Positions 1 to 10,558 are shown, counted from the first letter of the stretch. The stretch: DNA of 64,000 nt from Polyangiaceae bacterium (GCA_033763455.1 JANRKO010000043.1:64001-128000); one strand, 5' to 3'. Notes: generated by a model not told the origin, from the letters alone. Made by a program: numbers and translations.

Positions 1-103
1 ACGGCCCTTGTGGCAGATCTGCTTCGCTTCTGGATCAGCGACACCGCAGTTTCGCTCCGCCAACGCATGGGCGTGCTTTAACGTTCCAGAAAAACGAACT
101 GGC

Positions 104-340
104 TCAAGGGGCCCGATGGCTTCGATGCAGGCACCAGATAGGTGGTTGCCCAGCTGCGGCGACGAGCTCCCAACCCTTTTCAGCCGCGGCATTTGCGCGA
201 GCGGCAACCTTCTCGGGAGATGTTTCCTCGAAGCATAGGTATTCTGCGGCGCCTTCGTGTTTTGCGTCAGGCATGGTTCGATCGGTTACGCAAGCCGAAG
301 CCAGAAGGCCTACCACCATTCCAAGAGTTCCAACGCGCAT
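104..340 (-). CDS. small putative lipoprotein (DUF4177-like)
   Basis: Signal peptide with lipobox LASAC; C-terminal ANAAAEKGWELV resembles the DUF4177 motif. Confidence 0.45.
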   Translation of the reverse strand: MRVGTLGMVVGLLASACVTDRTMPDAKHEGAAEYLCFEETSPEKVAARANAAAEKGWELVAAAGQPPIWCLHRSHRAP

Positions 341-421
341 GCTCCAGCCTCTAACTCAGGTTGCGGTGTGAAATCCAGTCGGGTTGGCCAGCCGCCATTC
401 TGTCGGCGCGGCGGAACACGC

Positions 422-916
422 TCAGTGATGGTGGTGATCTCCAGGCCCATGAACATGACCGTGAGCTAACTCTTCCGGGAGCGGAGCTCGTATGCCCACA
501 ACTTCGACGCTGAAGTGAAGCGTCTTGCCAGCCAGAGGATGGTTGCGATCCACCACAACGCGGTCGCTTTTCACTTCTCGGATCCACACCGGCACTGTCT
601 GCCCGCGTTCGCCCTCTACCGCAAACTGCATTCCTACAGTCACGTTCTTTGGAAATGAGCTCTTCGGATAGGTCTTGGTGGAGTTCTGCTGGAGGTTGCC
701 GTACGCATCCGCTGGCGCCACCTTAACCTCAAATTTTTCGCCAACGCTCTTGCCCTCTAGCTCCACCTCGAGCCCGGGAACGATGCCACCGTGCCCGTGA
801 AGGTAAGCTAAAGGCTCATCACCGGAACGATCAATCTCCTTGCCGTCAGGAAGCCGAAGTACGTAGCGGAAGGAAACTACCTGGTTTGGTCTGACTCGTT
901 CAGCAATGTCGCCCAT
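422..916 (-). CDS. slyD: FKBP-type peptidyl-prolyl isomerase SlyD
   Basis: YLHGHGGIVPGLE, DRNHPLAGKTLHF and His-rich tail HGHVHGPGDHHHH; start taken at ATG 916 because the longer ORF runs through a tRNA. Confidence 0.93.
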   Translation of the reverse strand: MGDIAERVRPNQVVSFRYVLRLPDGKEIDRSGDEPLAYLHGHGGIVPGLEVELEGKSVGEKFEVKVAPADAYGNLQQNSTKTYPKSSFPKNVTVGMQFAVEGERGQTVPVWIREVKSDRVVVDRNHPLAGKTLHFSVEVVGIRAPLPEELAHGHVHGPGDHHHH

Positions 917-995
917 TGAATCCTCCCGGTAGCAAGGCCCCGAGCGCCTGCCAACTCCCAGAGCATCCTTCCGCTGGGCTCTCGCTCCAATCTTG

Positions 996-1079
<84 letters not shown>

Positions 1080-1199
1080 AAAGCCGGATCAGGCGTCCGG
1101 CCACGTTTCTAAACTGCCCAGTGCCCTGTGCCGCTCATCAACGCGGCCGCTACCTACAACGCGCGGCCAGGTTACACAAGCCCGTTTCGTCTGATTGGG

Positions 1200-2792
1200 C
1201 TAGCGCGCTTTCTTCAAAACCGACGCACTACCCCCCAAGGCACCCGGCCGTGGCAAAGGCGGGGGGGAACCCGACGCGCGACGGCCGTTATCGCCTTTAG
1301 GAGAACTCACCGGGAGGGGGGGGGGACTGGAAACTCGGCGCGCCGCAGCTGCAGGGGGAGCAGCGGCCGCGGCGGTTGCTTGCTCGTAGCGGAGGCGTTC
1401 CTCGAACACGACGACACTGATCAAAGAGTCTACGTCGGCATCGGAAATCACCGCGTCGCGGGTATCAATGTTGGGATCCAAGAGTTCAATGACGGCGAGC
1501 ATCGCCGTGCGCAGGATAGATTCGTTGGGAAACGAGTCGCGAATGATCTCCTCGCGCGCTTCGTCGGTCGAAGCGGCGACGAGTTCTGCATACATTGAGT
1601 CTACTGATAGGAGGACGGGCGTGGGGAGCGAGTTCCAATTGGGGGGGAGGCGGTCGATGCCTCGCAGGCGCTCGGCTGCTCGTTCGCGGCTCTGTTCTTC
1701 CTGAGGTGTGCGCGCGACCACTTCAGCTTCCGCTTGATCTGGCTCGCTTCGAGCCATCGAGCCCGACGCCGGAGCTGCCTCCTGTGCAGTGGCAGGCTCG
1801 TCTGAAGGTGTCACCTCGGAGCCGTTTTCGACCATTGCACCGGCGTGCATCTCATCATCCTCTCCGACCTCTTCGAAGAGCTCGTCAAAGCTCGGGGCCG
1901 CGGGCTCCGGTTCAGCAGCGTCCGGCAATGCGTTCGATGCTTCAGCTGTGGTGGCTGAGGCCGGTGCCTTCACCGCGTCGGCTGATGCCGCCGACGCGGT
2001 CGGAGTAGCCGGGCTCGGAGCCACGGCACCAGGAGCTTTCGCGCTCGTGGCCTTCCCGGCACCCTCTGGAGCTCTAACTTCATTCTTAGAGGTCGGTTCT
2101 GGGCTTGGCGTGGCTGGAGATGCCTCCACTAGCCCACATGGAACGGCCACGAGCTCCACGATGAGCTCTTGCCATAGGCGCTCTACCGACGAGAACCCGA
2201 AAAGCTTCTCCATCGAAAGGAGCTCCAGAATACCAAGCTCAGTGACGGCTTGGTTCTGCCTCCCAAGCTCCAATCCGAAACGCATTATCGTGCGCAGTTC
2301 AGCGGGCGGAAGTACATCCACGAGTGCGTCAATATTAAGGCTCTTGAGCACCTGCTCGAGTGTAAGCAGGCCCTCATCAACAGCCGTACTCACGACAAAA
2401 GTGACGCGCGAAACGGAGTCCGCCCTGCCGTCCGACCAGAAGGGCTGTTCAATTAGATAGCGCCAAGCCTGCGGGCGCGGAAGGTAGCGTGCCTGATCGT
2501 CTGCAGGGAACAATCCGACAATCATCTCAGCGCTAGCAACGCCCTCATCCAGCGCAATCTGGAGATCTTCAATTGCGGACTCAGGCGATTTTTTTGCCGC
2601 GATGCGCGCGTGCACACCGGCGGCCTCGACCAATAGTCGGGAGCGAACTTCAGGGGCGTCCGCTAGGGCGGTGATAAGCTGTGTGGGTCCAAAGTGGCGC
2701 AGGAAGTCTGCGGGAGTCCGCCATTGTTTTTCGAGCGAGCTCGCAAAAAATTGACCAAGAAAACTTTCTACACCGGGCTTCAGAGCAGTCAC
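1200..2792 (-). CDS. hypothetical protein; helical N- and C-terminal domains joined by an Ala/Pro/Glu-rich linker
   Basis: 530-aa ORF, GTG start preceded by AAGGAAGG-like RBS; no family recognised. Confidence 0.7.
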   Translation of the reverse strand: MTALKPGVESFLGQFFASSLEKQWRTPADFLRHFGPTQLITALADAPEVRSRLLVEAAGVHARIAAKKSPESAIEDLQIALDEGVASAEMIVGLFPADDQARYLPRPQAWRYLIEQPFWSDGRADSVSRVTFVVSTAVDEGLLTLEQVLKSLNIDALVDVLPPAELRTIMRFGLELGRQNQAVTELGILELLSMEKLFGFSSVERLWQELIVELVAVPCGLVEASPATPSPEPTSKNEVRAPEGAGKATSAKAPGAVAPSPATPTASAASADAVKAPASATTAEASNALPDAAEPEPAAPSFDELFEEVGEDDEMHAGAMVENGSEVTPSDEPATAQEAAPASGSMARSEPDQAEAEVVARTPQEEQSRERAAERLRGIDRLPPNWNSLPTPVLLSVDSMYAELVAASTDEAREEIIRDSFPNESILRTAMLAVIELLDPNIDTRDAVISDADVDSLISVVVFEERLRYEQATAAAAAPPAAAARRVSSPPPLPVSSPKGDNGRRASGSPPPLPRPGALGGSASVLKKAR

Positions 2793-2865
2793 GCCAGACC
2801 TTCCTTTTTAGAACAAACGGGCGGGGATGCTAGGTCGGGATGTCTCGGTGAGCTAGCGAAAGGTG

Positions 2866-3306
2866 CTACGTAGGTAGCCTCTTTTTCTTGGTGCTCCGAG
2901 CGCGGCTTTGCTCAGGCGGGATCTTTGCAGCTCCGTGGTTTTTGGGCGCCTGGCGCCCGTCGGCCCCGCGCCGTGCCAGGAGTTTTGCGCAGGCCTCAGC
3001 GGCAGCGTCGTCGAGTGCCGCGAATAGCTGCGTGGTTTCGGCATTTTTGAGAGGCGTTCCAACAAACAGCACGCCACTTAGCCCAGCTTCCCTAGAGAAA
3101 CGGCGGAGCACAGACAGCGGGATATTTGACGTCACATTCAGGAGCAGTTCCCCGGTAGAACTGAGTGCGATGATCGCCCCGAGAGCTTGCTTGGACATCC
3201 CTCGCCCAAAGCGAAGTTCGTGCCACCGACTAAGCGCGATCGCAGGCCCAAAGAAATAGCGTTTTCTTGGCTTTTCATGGGGCACCGATGTGCGGGTTCG
3301 GGACAC
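2866..3306 (-). CDS. hypothetical protein
   Basis: Only plausible ORF in the gap; globular-looking core and basic tail; start uncertain. Confidence 0.45.
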   Translation of the reverse strand: MSRTRTSVPHEKPRKRYFFGPAIALSRWHELRFGRGMSKQALGAIIALSSTGELLLNVTSNIPLSVLRRFSREAGLSGVLFVGTPLKNAETTQLFAALDDAAAEACAKLLARRGADGRQAPKNHGAAKIPPEQSRARSTKKKRLPT

Positions 3307-3380
3307 CGCGTCTCAGCGCAGGCCAATATTCTGGTACGCTGCCTCGCTTTGAGACTACGTTTGCGGGAACCGAGCGAGCT

Positions 3381-4664
3381 GTGGCTGCTGATTCTGGATC
3401 TGTAGAACCTGGCGTAAGAAATCGCTGGATCTTGCACGCCGATATGGATGCTTTCTATGCGTCGGTGGAGCAGCGCGAGCATCCTGAATATCGCGGAAAA
3501 CCTGTGATTGTGGGAGGCCGGGGGGGGCGCGGGGTGGTAGCGGCAGCTTCCTACGAGGCCCGCGTGTTTGGGGTGCGTTCTGCAATGCCCGGCTTTCGCG
3601 CCTTCGAGCTGTGTCCACATGCCATATTTGTTCCCCCCAACATGGACCTCTACGCCCAAGTGTCCCAAGAAATCGGGGCGATCTTTGCCGAGTTTACGCC
3701 CGACATTGAGCCTCTTTCTTTGGATGAGGCATTCCTGGATATTTCGGGGTCCGTCGGGCTCTTTGGCGGGCCCCTGACGCTGGCTCGTCGCCTCAAGCAG
3801 CGTGTTTTGGAGGCGACGTCACTCCGAATTTCGGTCGGCGTTGCCTCTAACAAGTTAGTCGCAAAGATCGCGTGCACTCTTTCGAAGCCTGACGGTTTGT
3901 TGTTGGTGCCGCCCAGCGCCGTGAAGTGGCTCCTCGATCCGTTGCCAGTGCGCCGCCTGTGGGGGGTAGGGCCGGCTCTCGCAGCGGAGCTCGAGCAGCT
4001 AGGGGTGAGAACCTTTGGTGAACTTGCGGAGTATGATGCTTACAAGCTGAAGAACGCTTTAGGTAGCCGGGGTCCGCTTCTGCAGCGCTTGGCCCGAGGC
4101 GACGATGTTCGCTCGGTGGAGCCGAACCGCGACGCACGCTCCATTGGTGAAGAAAACACATTCGGGGTTGATATTGTCGACCCCCAGGTCATCTTAGATA
4201 CCTTGACGCAGCACTCGCATGCGGTGGCTCAACGGCTGCGTCGCGCCGGCTATCGTTGCAAGACGATATCGGTGAAGCTCAAGCTCGCGCGTTCGCGCTC
4301 ACACCGCCCGAGTCGGTTCGCCGGGTTGTCGGAGCCGGTCTATCCGCTGCTGATACGGAGCCGTACGCTCGCCGCAGCTACGCTTGATGCTGCCGAGATA
4401 GCGCGGGCCGCCCACGAGCTCTGGAACCAGGCGAACATTCGTGGCGCGGTTCGGCTAGTCGGTGTTTCACTTTCCAATCTAACTCCAGTGGCCGAGGAGC
4501 AACTGGACCTATTCGGCCCGAATCCGGCAGAGGCGCTCGCGCACACACTCGATGCGATTGCAGCGCGTTACGGTAGTAAGATGATCGGCCCAGCAGTCGG
4601 AAGGATCGAGAAGTCAGGAGTCTCATCTCGCAAAGAGCCGATGAAACCGCTAGTTAAGGGCTAG
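3381..4664 (+). CDS. dinB: DNA polymerase IV (Y family)
   Basis: ILHADMDAFYASVE, AASYEAR, SLDEAFLD and NKLVAKIA motifs; start placed at GTG 3381 (approximate). Confidence 0.95.
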   Translation: MAADSGSVEPGVRNRWILHADMDAFYASVEQREHPEYRGKPVIVGGRGGRGVVAAASYEARVFGVRSAMPGFRAFELCPHAIFVPPNMDLYAQVSQEIGAIFAEFTPDIEPLSLDEAFLDISGSVGLFGGPLTLARRLKQRVLEATSLRISVGVASNKLVAKIACTLSKPDGLLLVPPSAVKWLLDPLPVRRLWGVGPALAAELEQLGVRTFGELAEYDAYKLKNALGSRGPLLQRLARGDDVRSVEPNRDARSIGEENTFGVDIVDPQVILDTLTQHSHAVAQRLRRAGYRCKTISVKLKLARSRSHRPSRFAGLSEPVYPLLIRSRTLAAATLDAAEIARAAHELWNQANIRGAVRLVGVSLSNLTPVAEEQLDLFGPNPAEALAHTLDAIAARYGSKMIGPAVGRIEKSGVSSRKEPMKPLVKG

Positions 4665-5022
4665 CCGCTCGGTCAGTACAGCTTGCTTTGCGGAAGTCGC
4701 AGTAAATCGAAATACCGACTTAGAATGGCACTAGATTGACTTTCGCGTAGGGTTGCGAGATTCGCCATCTTCGCGTAATGAATGAATTGTTACTTTTATC
4801 GTTGCGTCCGTGCATGTCATCCCAAAAGGGTGCGTCCATATGACACAACGATCCTGGTCCTCGGGTCCTCACCCTGGACACGAGCTCAGGGTAGCAGCAG
4901 TAAACCCCAACATTATTCCAATCCTTGACGCTCCACGCCCGCTAGGGCATGAAGCGTGCAGGTGGCGGCGGGGCAAGAAGCCCAAAGCTTAACTAACAGG
5001 GAATGGAGGAGCCTTAAATCCA

Positions 5023-5352
5023 ATGAAAAAAATCATCTCACTTTTGGCACTCGCGGCAATCGGCGCGGGTTCAATGGTAATCGGCTGTAGCGACGACGAG
5101 TCTGATCCAGTGGTTACACCCAAGACCGGCGGCGCAGGTCCCGGAGCTGGCGGCGCTAAGTCTGGTGGCGCAGGCCCAGCAATGGGCGGAGCTAAGTCTG
5201 GCGGCGCAGGCGGCATGACAGCCGCTGGCGGCACCGCCTCCGGTGGCACCGCCTCCGGCGGCGCACCGGCAGCAGGTGGCGGCGCAGGCGCACCGGCAAG
5301 CGGTGGCGGCGCAGGAGCACCTGGCGGCGGCGGCGCAGGCGGCGCAGGCTAA
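5023..5352 (+). CDS. small Gly/Ala-rich lipoprotein
   Basis: MKK signal peptide, lipobox VIGC, GGAGGAG RBS upstream; mature part is GGAG repeats. Confidence 0.75.
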   Translation: MKKIISLLALAAIGAGSMVIGCSDDESDPVVTPKTGGAGPGAGGAKSGGAGPAMGGAKSGGAGGMTAAGGTASGGTASGGAPAAGGGAGAPASGGGAGAPGGGGAGGAG

Positions 5353-5369
5353 GTCGTCATCAGCGTAAC

Positions 5370-5420
5370 CAGCGAAACGCCTTCGAACCTTTTGGTTCGG
5401 GGGCGTTTTGCTGTTTGTTG
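5370..5420 (+). terminator. intrinsic terminator-like hairpin
   Basis: CAGCGAAACGCCTTCGAACC-TTTT-GGTTCGGGGGCGTTTTGCTG stem followed by TTTGTTG, directly after the stop at 5352. Confidence 0.7.
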
Positions 5421-5542
5421 CGCCTGTTCGGGATGCGCTAAGCGAATTCGCTGATGGGTGCGCCCGTTCGGGCGGGTTAAGGAGCGCATTCTCTGACAAG
5501 GGGCCGTGCCGTGGCGGCAAAAACGGGTAGAGTCGCGGCCAA

Positions 5543-6208
5543 ATGAAACTGCTCTTGGTGCGGCATGGGGAAAGCGTTGGGAACGCCGAGGAGCGCCTTC
5601 AGGGGCAGCGGGATTATCCGTTAACTGAGCGTGGTGACGCCCAGGCGAGCGAACTCGGGCGTGCATTGGCGCGGTTGGATCTGAGCTTTGATGCGGCGTA
5701 TGTATCGCCGCTTAGCCGTGCCAGGCTCACGGCTGAACGCATAGCTCGAGAAGTGGCGCTTCCAGAATTCAGCGTTCTGGAAGATCTGCACGAGATCGCG
5801 TTTGGTCGGCTCGAAGGGCTGAAGCGTTCCGAGATCGAGGCGAAGGCGCCGGAATTTTTGCGGCGGGGTGTGGAAACGCTGGCGGACTACGGAGAGTTTG
5901 GCGGGGAATCCTACGAGGCCGTGCAAGCCCGCGTGGATCGCGTGCTCACTACGCTCATTTCGCGCCACCGTGACACGGAGCACACCGTGTTAGTAGTTGG
6001 GCATGGAGGCTTCAACTTTCAGCTGGCCAAGAGCTTGGTGTGTGTGCCCGTGCCGCGCGTTTGCTTGTTGAAGATAGGCAACTGCACGTCAACGCTTATT
6101 CGAATGACGGAGCGCAGGGGCACGTACATGGGCGAGCTCTTGTGGCACGTGCCTCTGGAATTGTGGGCGGGTAAAGCGGTGAGCCAGAGCGTTTCGGTGG
6201 GCATTTAG
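5543..6208 (+). CDS. histidine phosphatase (phosphoglycerate mutase family)
   Basis: LVRHGES, SPLSRA, GGES and VVGHGG motifs. Confidence 0.9.
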   Translation: MKLLLVRHGESVGNAEERLQGQRDYPLTERGDAQASELGRALARLDLSFDAAYVSPLSRARLTAERIAREVALPEFSVLEDLHEIAFGRLEGLKRSEIEAKAPEFLRRGVETLADYGEFGGESYEAVQARVDRVLTTLISRHRDTEHTVLVVGHGGFNFQLAKSLVCVPVPRVCLLKIGNCTSTLIRMTERRGTYMGELLWHVPLELWAGKAVSQSVSVGI

Positions 6209-6214
6209 GCAAAG

Positions 6215-7594
6215 GTGATGGCTCGGCTCCGTTTCGATGCAGGTACGCTCCTCTTGGGCGGGTTAACGGAGGCCGAAGGCCAAGAGCTAGGTTTACCGTT
6301 CAGCTGCCAGTGGGACCGCCGGACGGAGTGTTTTCGAGCCCCCGCGCAGGCCTATGCTGATCTGGTACTAACTTTCACCAAGCTGAAACGGCCACTTGAA
6401 GATGAAGCTCGAGCGTACGCAAAGCTTGAGCTCGCTCCCCAGGTTGAGCGTGAGCCCCGGCCGTTTCAAGTTGAAGCGCTGAGTGCCTGGAAACGTGCAC
6501 AGGGCAGAGGTGTGGTGGTGCTTCCCACGGGTTCGGGCAAAAGCCACATGGGATGCATGGCCATCTTGGACAAGCAAAGGAGTGCTATGGTGGTGGCCCC
6601 GACGCTGGATCTGGTGCGTCAGTGGTACGATAGCTTGCGCGTCACGTTCGGAGTCCCAGTTGGCGTGCTCGGCGGCGGGGAGCATGACATTCAGAATTTG
6701 ACCGTAGCCACCTACGATTCGGCCGCGATCCACATGGATCACCTGGGTGCGCGCTTCGGGCTCATTATTTTTGACGAATGCCACCATTTGCCGGGGCCCA
6801 CCTATTCGCTCGCCGCGAAGCTTTGCTTGGCCCCTTATCGGTTGGGGCTCACCGCCACGCCTGAACGCCAGGACGGAAAAGAGTCCCTCCTTACCCAGCT
6901 AGTGGGCCCGATTGTATACGAAAAAGCGATCACTGAGCTCTCGGGGAGTTACCTTGCAGATTACGATACCGAACGGGTACAGCTGCTTCTGAGCGAAAGC
7001 GAACGCGCTGAATACGAGGCGGAGCGGCGCATCTATACGCAATTTCTCCGTACCGCTGGCGTTACTCTGAGGCAACCCAGCGACTGGAATGATTTTATTA
7101 TCCGTTCTTCGCGTAGCCCCGAGGGTAGGCGGGCTATGCAGGCGTACCGTCGACAAAAAGAGCTCGCAACCGCGGCGCCAGCCAAGCTCCAATATTTGCA
7201 GCACTTGTTGCGCATCCATTCAGGGGATCAGATCTTGATTTTTACGCATGATAATCGCACGGCTTACAAGATATCTCGGGATTTTTTAATTCCTGTGATC
7301 ACCCACCAAACAAAAACGAAAGAAAGAAGCCGCGTGCTGGAGCTTTTTTCCAACGGCACCTATGACGCTATTGTTACGTCTAAGGTGCTCAACGAGGGGG
7401 TAGATGTGCCAGATGCGAGCGTGGCCGTCGTGATGAGCGGGAGCGGTTCGGTGCGCGAACACGTGCAGCGCTTGGGGCGAATTTTGCGCAAAAAGGCTGG
7501 AAAGCGGGCAATCTTGTACGAGCTGGTTACCCAAAATACGGGCGAAGGGTTCACGAGCGAACGCCGTCGCGACCACCTAGCGTACGGCGACTAA
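6215..7594 (+). CDS. SF2 DExH helicase, XPB/Rad25-like
   Basis: Walker A LPTGSGKS, DECHH, LGLTATPER, NEGVDVP and QRLGRILR. Confidence 0.9.
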   Translation: MMARLRFDAGTLLLGGLTEAEGQELGLPFSCQWDRRTECFRAPAQAYADLVLTFTKLKRPLEDEARAYAKLELAPQVEREPRPFQVEALSAWKRAQGRGVVVLPTGSGKSHMGCMAILDKQRSAMVVAPTLDLVRQWYDSLRVTFGVPVGVLGGGEHDIQNLTVATYDSAAIHMDHLGARFGLIIFDECHHLPGPTYSLAAKLCLAPYRLGLTATPERQDGKESLLTQLVGPIVYEKAITELSGSYLADYDTERVQLLLSESERAEYEAERRIYTQFLRTAGVTLRQPSDWNDFIIRSSRSPEGRRAMQAYRRQKELATAAPAKLQYLQHLLRIHSGDQILIFTHDNRTAYKISRDFLIPVITHQTKTKERSRVLELFSNGTYDAIVTSKVLNEGVDVPDASVAVVMSGSGSVREHVQRLGRILRKKAGKRAILYELVTQNTGEGFTSERRRDHLAYGD

Positions 7595-7598
7595 GGCT

Positions 7599-8933
7599 AT
7601 GTTGACGGTAGATTTGGTACGAGCTCGGCGAAAGAACGGTGAGCTCCAGCTCCTAAAAGTATCACCCGCTCAAGCGGCGGAGGCCACAAGCCTCGTGCAG
7701 AGGCTTATCGCGGTTGCTCAAGAAAGCGTTGGTGATTCCAGGGAGGACGTTGCTCTGCGCTGGCGGGAGCTAACAGCGGGCTTTCAAGATCGCAAGCTCG
7801 GCGATGGTGTCCTCAAGCTTGTGGAAGATCGTTGTGAGTTTTCCTCGGAGAATGCCGAACAAAGCGAAACATTGCGAGGCGAAGTGTTTGCTTTGGCCAC
7901 CGAGCGCCGGCGTTTGTCGAGCTTCGAGCGAGACGATATCTTGCGCACAGTCGGGGAGAAGTATGAGCTTTCTTCCGAGCAAGTAGATGCGGCTCTTTTC
8001 GCCGATCTGCGTGGCGCAGATCGTTTAACACGAGCTCCCAACATCAAGCCTGAGCTCATTTTGGGCAGCTATGTGTTTGCGCAACAGCAGGCGGTGCTGC
8101 TGCGTGCAGTGAGCCTTGAAGCGAGGCTGCACTGCAAGGACCCAGCGCGTTACAGGTTGATCTTTCAGAAGCTTAAGTTCCGCCGCCTGCTGTTTGAGGT
8201 GGAGGCACTGGATGGGGCGTTCCGTGTCCGCATTGACGGGCCATACAGCTTATTCGAGTCCGTTACGAAATACGGCTTGGCACTGGCTCTCAGCCTGCCA
8301 GTATTTTTGGCCTGTGATGAGCTTGAGCTAGTGGCCGATGTGCGTTGGGGGGCAGCTAGGGAAGCGCTCAAGTTCTTCATCCGCAAAGGGGACATCGCCG
8401 CGGTCAGCCTCGATGAAAAGGCGGGGGCGGGCTCAGACACGAGTGCTGAGGCTGACTCTCCGAGCAGCGAACTCGATAGGCTGGTCGATGCGTTCAATCA
8501 CTTAGGCTCGGCGTGGAAAATAGAGCGGGCACCGCAGATCCTCAATTTGCCCGGAGTTGGCGTGTGCGTTCCGGATCTGCTGTTTCGCCACTCTGTTTCT
8601 GGCGAGCGCATCTTTTTCGAATTGATGGGCTACTGGAGCCGCGATGCCGTGTTTCGACGGGTGGAGCTCGTGGAGCGTGGGCTTGGCGTGAAGCTCCTCT
8701 TTGCGGTGAATCAAAAGCTGCGAGTGAGCGAAGGGGTCGCGAACTTGGAAGAAGGAGCCGCTCTCTATGTTTTCAAGCGCACCCTCAATGCTCGTGCGAT
8801 ATTCGAGAAGCTCGAGGCATTGGCGGGAGCTGCCAGCCAGGCCCCGGGTCTCAGCCCTGGGGTGAGTTCGCAGGGGAGCGCCATTGCATCGAAGAAGGCC
8901 ACCACTCCTTCGCGGTGGCCCAGAAGTACTTAG
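7599..8933 (+). CDS. DUF790 family (Bax1-like) PD-(D/E)xK nuclease
   Basis: LFADL, IDGPYSLF..TKYG and VPDLLF...FFELMGYW motifs; starts 5 bp after the helicase. Confidence 0.8.
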   Translation: MLTVDLVRARRKNGELQLLKVSPAQAAEATSLVQRLIAVAQESVGDSREDVALRWRELTAGFQDRKLGDGVLKLVEDRCEFSSENAEQSETLRGEVFALATERRRLSSFERDDILRTVGEKYELSSEQVDAALFADLRGADRLTRAPNIKPELILGSYVFAQQQAVLLRAVSLEARLHCKDPARYRLIFQKLKFRRLLFEVEALDGAFRVRIDGPYSLFESVTKYGLALALSLPVFLACDELELVADVRWGAAREALKFFIRKGDIAAVSLDEKAGAGSDTSAEADSPSSELDRLVDAFNHLGSAWKIERAPQILNLPGVGVCVPDLLFRHSVSGERIFFELMGYWSRDAVFRRVELVERGLGVKLLFAVNQKLRVSEGVANLEEGAALYVFKRTLNARAIFEKLEALAGAASQAPGLSPGVSSQGSAIASKKATTPSRWPRST

Positions 8934-9086
8934 CATGCTTAGCATCTTGAAGGTCTCTACAGGTGGCGCGCTGCACCTCTGGTCGCAAGCCGTGCCGTAG
9001 CCTCTACCAGGAGCGAAGTCCTGACGAAATCGTGCACTAGAGACATGGCACAAACTGTTCTAAAGAGGCGCTGAAGGAGAAAGAAA

Positions 9087-9863
9087 ATGGCATTTTCGGG
9101 CTTGAGTCTTGTTGGGCGAACAGCAGTAGTAATTGGTGGAACGAGCGGGATAGGGCGCGTTATTTCGCTCGCCTACGCGGACGCGGGCGCCAACGTGGTG
9201 GCCACTTCTCGCCGGAGCGAGCAGGTGGCTGAAGTTGCCAAGGAGCTCGGAGCCCGGGGCGCGAAAACACTGCAGATCTCGAGTGACGTGACGAATCGGC
9301 CAAGCCTTGAAACCTTGCTCACTGAAACGGTGAAAGCTTTCGGTAAGGTAGACATCTTGGTCAATTGCGCCGGCAAAACTCAAAAAGTGCCCACCGTAGA
9401 AATGGACGAAAAGATCTGGGCAGACATCATGGATACCAACCTCACGGGCACGCTTCGAGCCTGTCAGGTATTCGGACGCCACATGTTGGAGAAGGGTTAC
9501 GGGCGCATTATCAACATTGCGTCACTTTCAAGTTTTGTGGCGCTTTACCAGGTAGCCGCCTATTCAGCGAGCAAGGCCGCCGTGGCTTCTCTCACTAAGT
9601 CTCTTGCTGTTGAGTGGGGTAGAAAAGGCGTCTGCGTGAACGCTATTGCTCCGGGTGTGTTCCGAACCCCGCTGAACGCCGCCTTGTTGGATGGCACCGA
9701 TAGGGGCGCTGAGTTCAAGCTTCGCACTCCACTCGGGCGCTTCGGGCAACTCGAAGAGCTCGGGGGCGCGGCCATTTTTCTGGCGTCTGAATCGGCGAGC
9801 TACGTGAACGGCGAAGTGCTCGCCGTTGATGGCGGGTTTTTGGCGAGTGGTGTGAATCAATGA
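9087..9863 (+). CDS. short-chain dehydrogenase (KduD/gluconate 5-dehydrogenase-like)
   Basis: GGTSGIG, YSASK, NAIAPG and VDGG; overlaps the eda start. Confidence 0.88.
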   Translation: MAFSGLSLVGRTAVVIGGTSGIGRVISLAYADAGANVVATSRRSEQVAEVAKELGARGAKTLQISSDVTNRPSLETLLTETVKAFGKVDILVNCAGKTQKVPTVEMDEKIWADIMDTNLTGTLRACQVFGRHMLEKGYGRIINIASLSSFVALYQVAAYSASKAAVASLTKSLAVEWGRKGVCVNAIAPGVFRTPLNAALLDGTDRGAEFKLRTPLGRFGQLEELGGAAIFLASESASYVNGEVLAVDGGFLASGVNQ

Positions 9864-10522
9864 AGGCAGAGCCGAAAGTGAGCACCCGGGCCCAGGTCAC
9901 GGCGGCGGTTGAGAAGAGCGGCATCGTTGCCATTGTGCGTATGAGCGATGCCAGTAAGGTCGAAGCCGTCGTGGAAGCCTTGCTCAAGGGCGGCGTCACC
10001 AGCCTGGAGGTGACGATGTCGGTCCCGGGTGCCGTCGAAATCATCTCTGAACTTTCCCCGAAGATGCCGAAGGAAGTGATGTTCGGTGCTGGCACCGTGT
10101 GTGACGTGAAGACGGCCAAGCGCGTTGTAAAAGCGGGCGCTGCGTTCATTGTGTCGCCGATCTTCAAGGAGGGGATCGTGAAGTACTGCGTCGAGCAAGA
10201 TGTGGCATCGATGCCCGGATGCTTCACCCCCACCGAGATTTACGCCGCTTGGGAAGCCGGGGCGGACGTGGTCAAAGTGTTCCCAGCCACTTCACTTGGC
10301 CCGGATTTTTTCCGAGATATCAAGGGCCCGCTCCCTCACATCAAGCTCATGCCCACTGGCGGCGTACAGCTCGACAACGTGCGCGATTGGATCCGCGCGG
10401 GTGCCGTGGCTGTGGGCGTTGGCAGTGCCCTCATGGATCCCGCCGCCATCGCCTCGGGCCGCTACGAAGTACTCACAGAGAAGGCAAAAGCGTTCGTCGA
10501 TGCGGTGGGATCTGCACGCTAG
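9860..10522 (+). CDS. eda: KDPG/KHG aldolase
   Basis: EVT, GAGTV, FIVSP, TPTEI, KVFPA and MPTGGV. Confidence 0.92.
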   Translation: MKAEPKVSTRAQVTAAVEKSGIVAIVRMSDASKVEAVVEALLKGGVTSLEVTMSVPGAVEIISELSPKMPKEVMFGAGTVCDVKTAKRVVKAGAAFIVSPIFKEGIVKYCVEQDVASMPGCFTPTEIYAAWEAGADVVKVFPATSLGPDFFRDIKGPLPHIKLMPTGGVQLDNVRDWIRAGAVAVGVGSALMDPAAIASGRYEVLTEKAKAFVDAVGSAR

Positions 10523-10558
10523 CTAACGGCACTTAGAATGCGGGGGCGGTGGCTCGTG

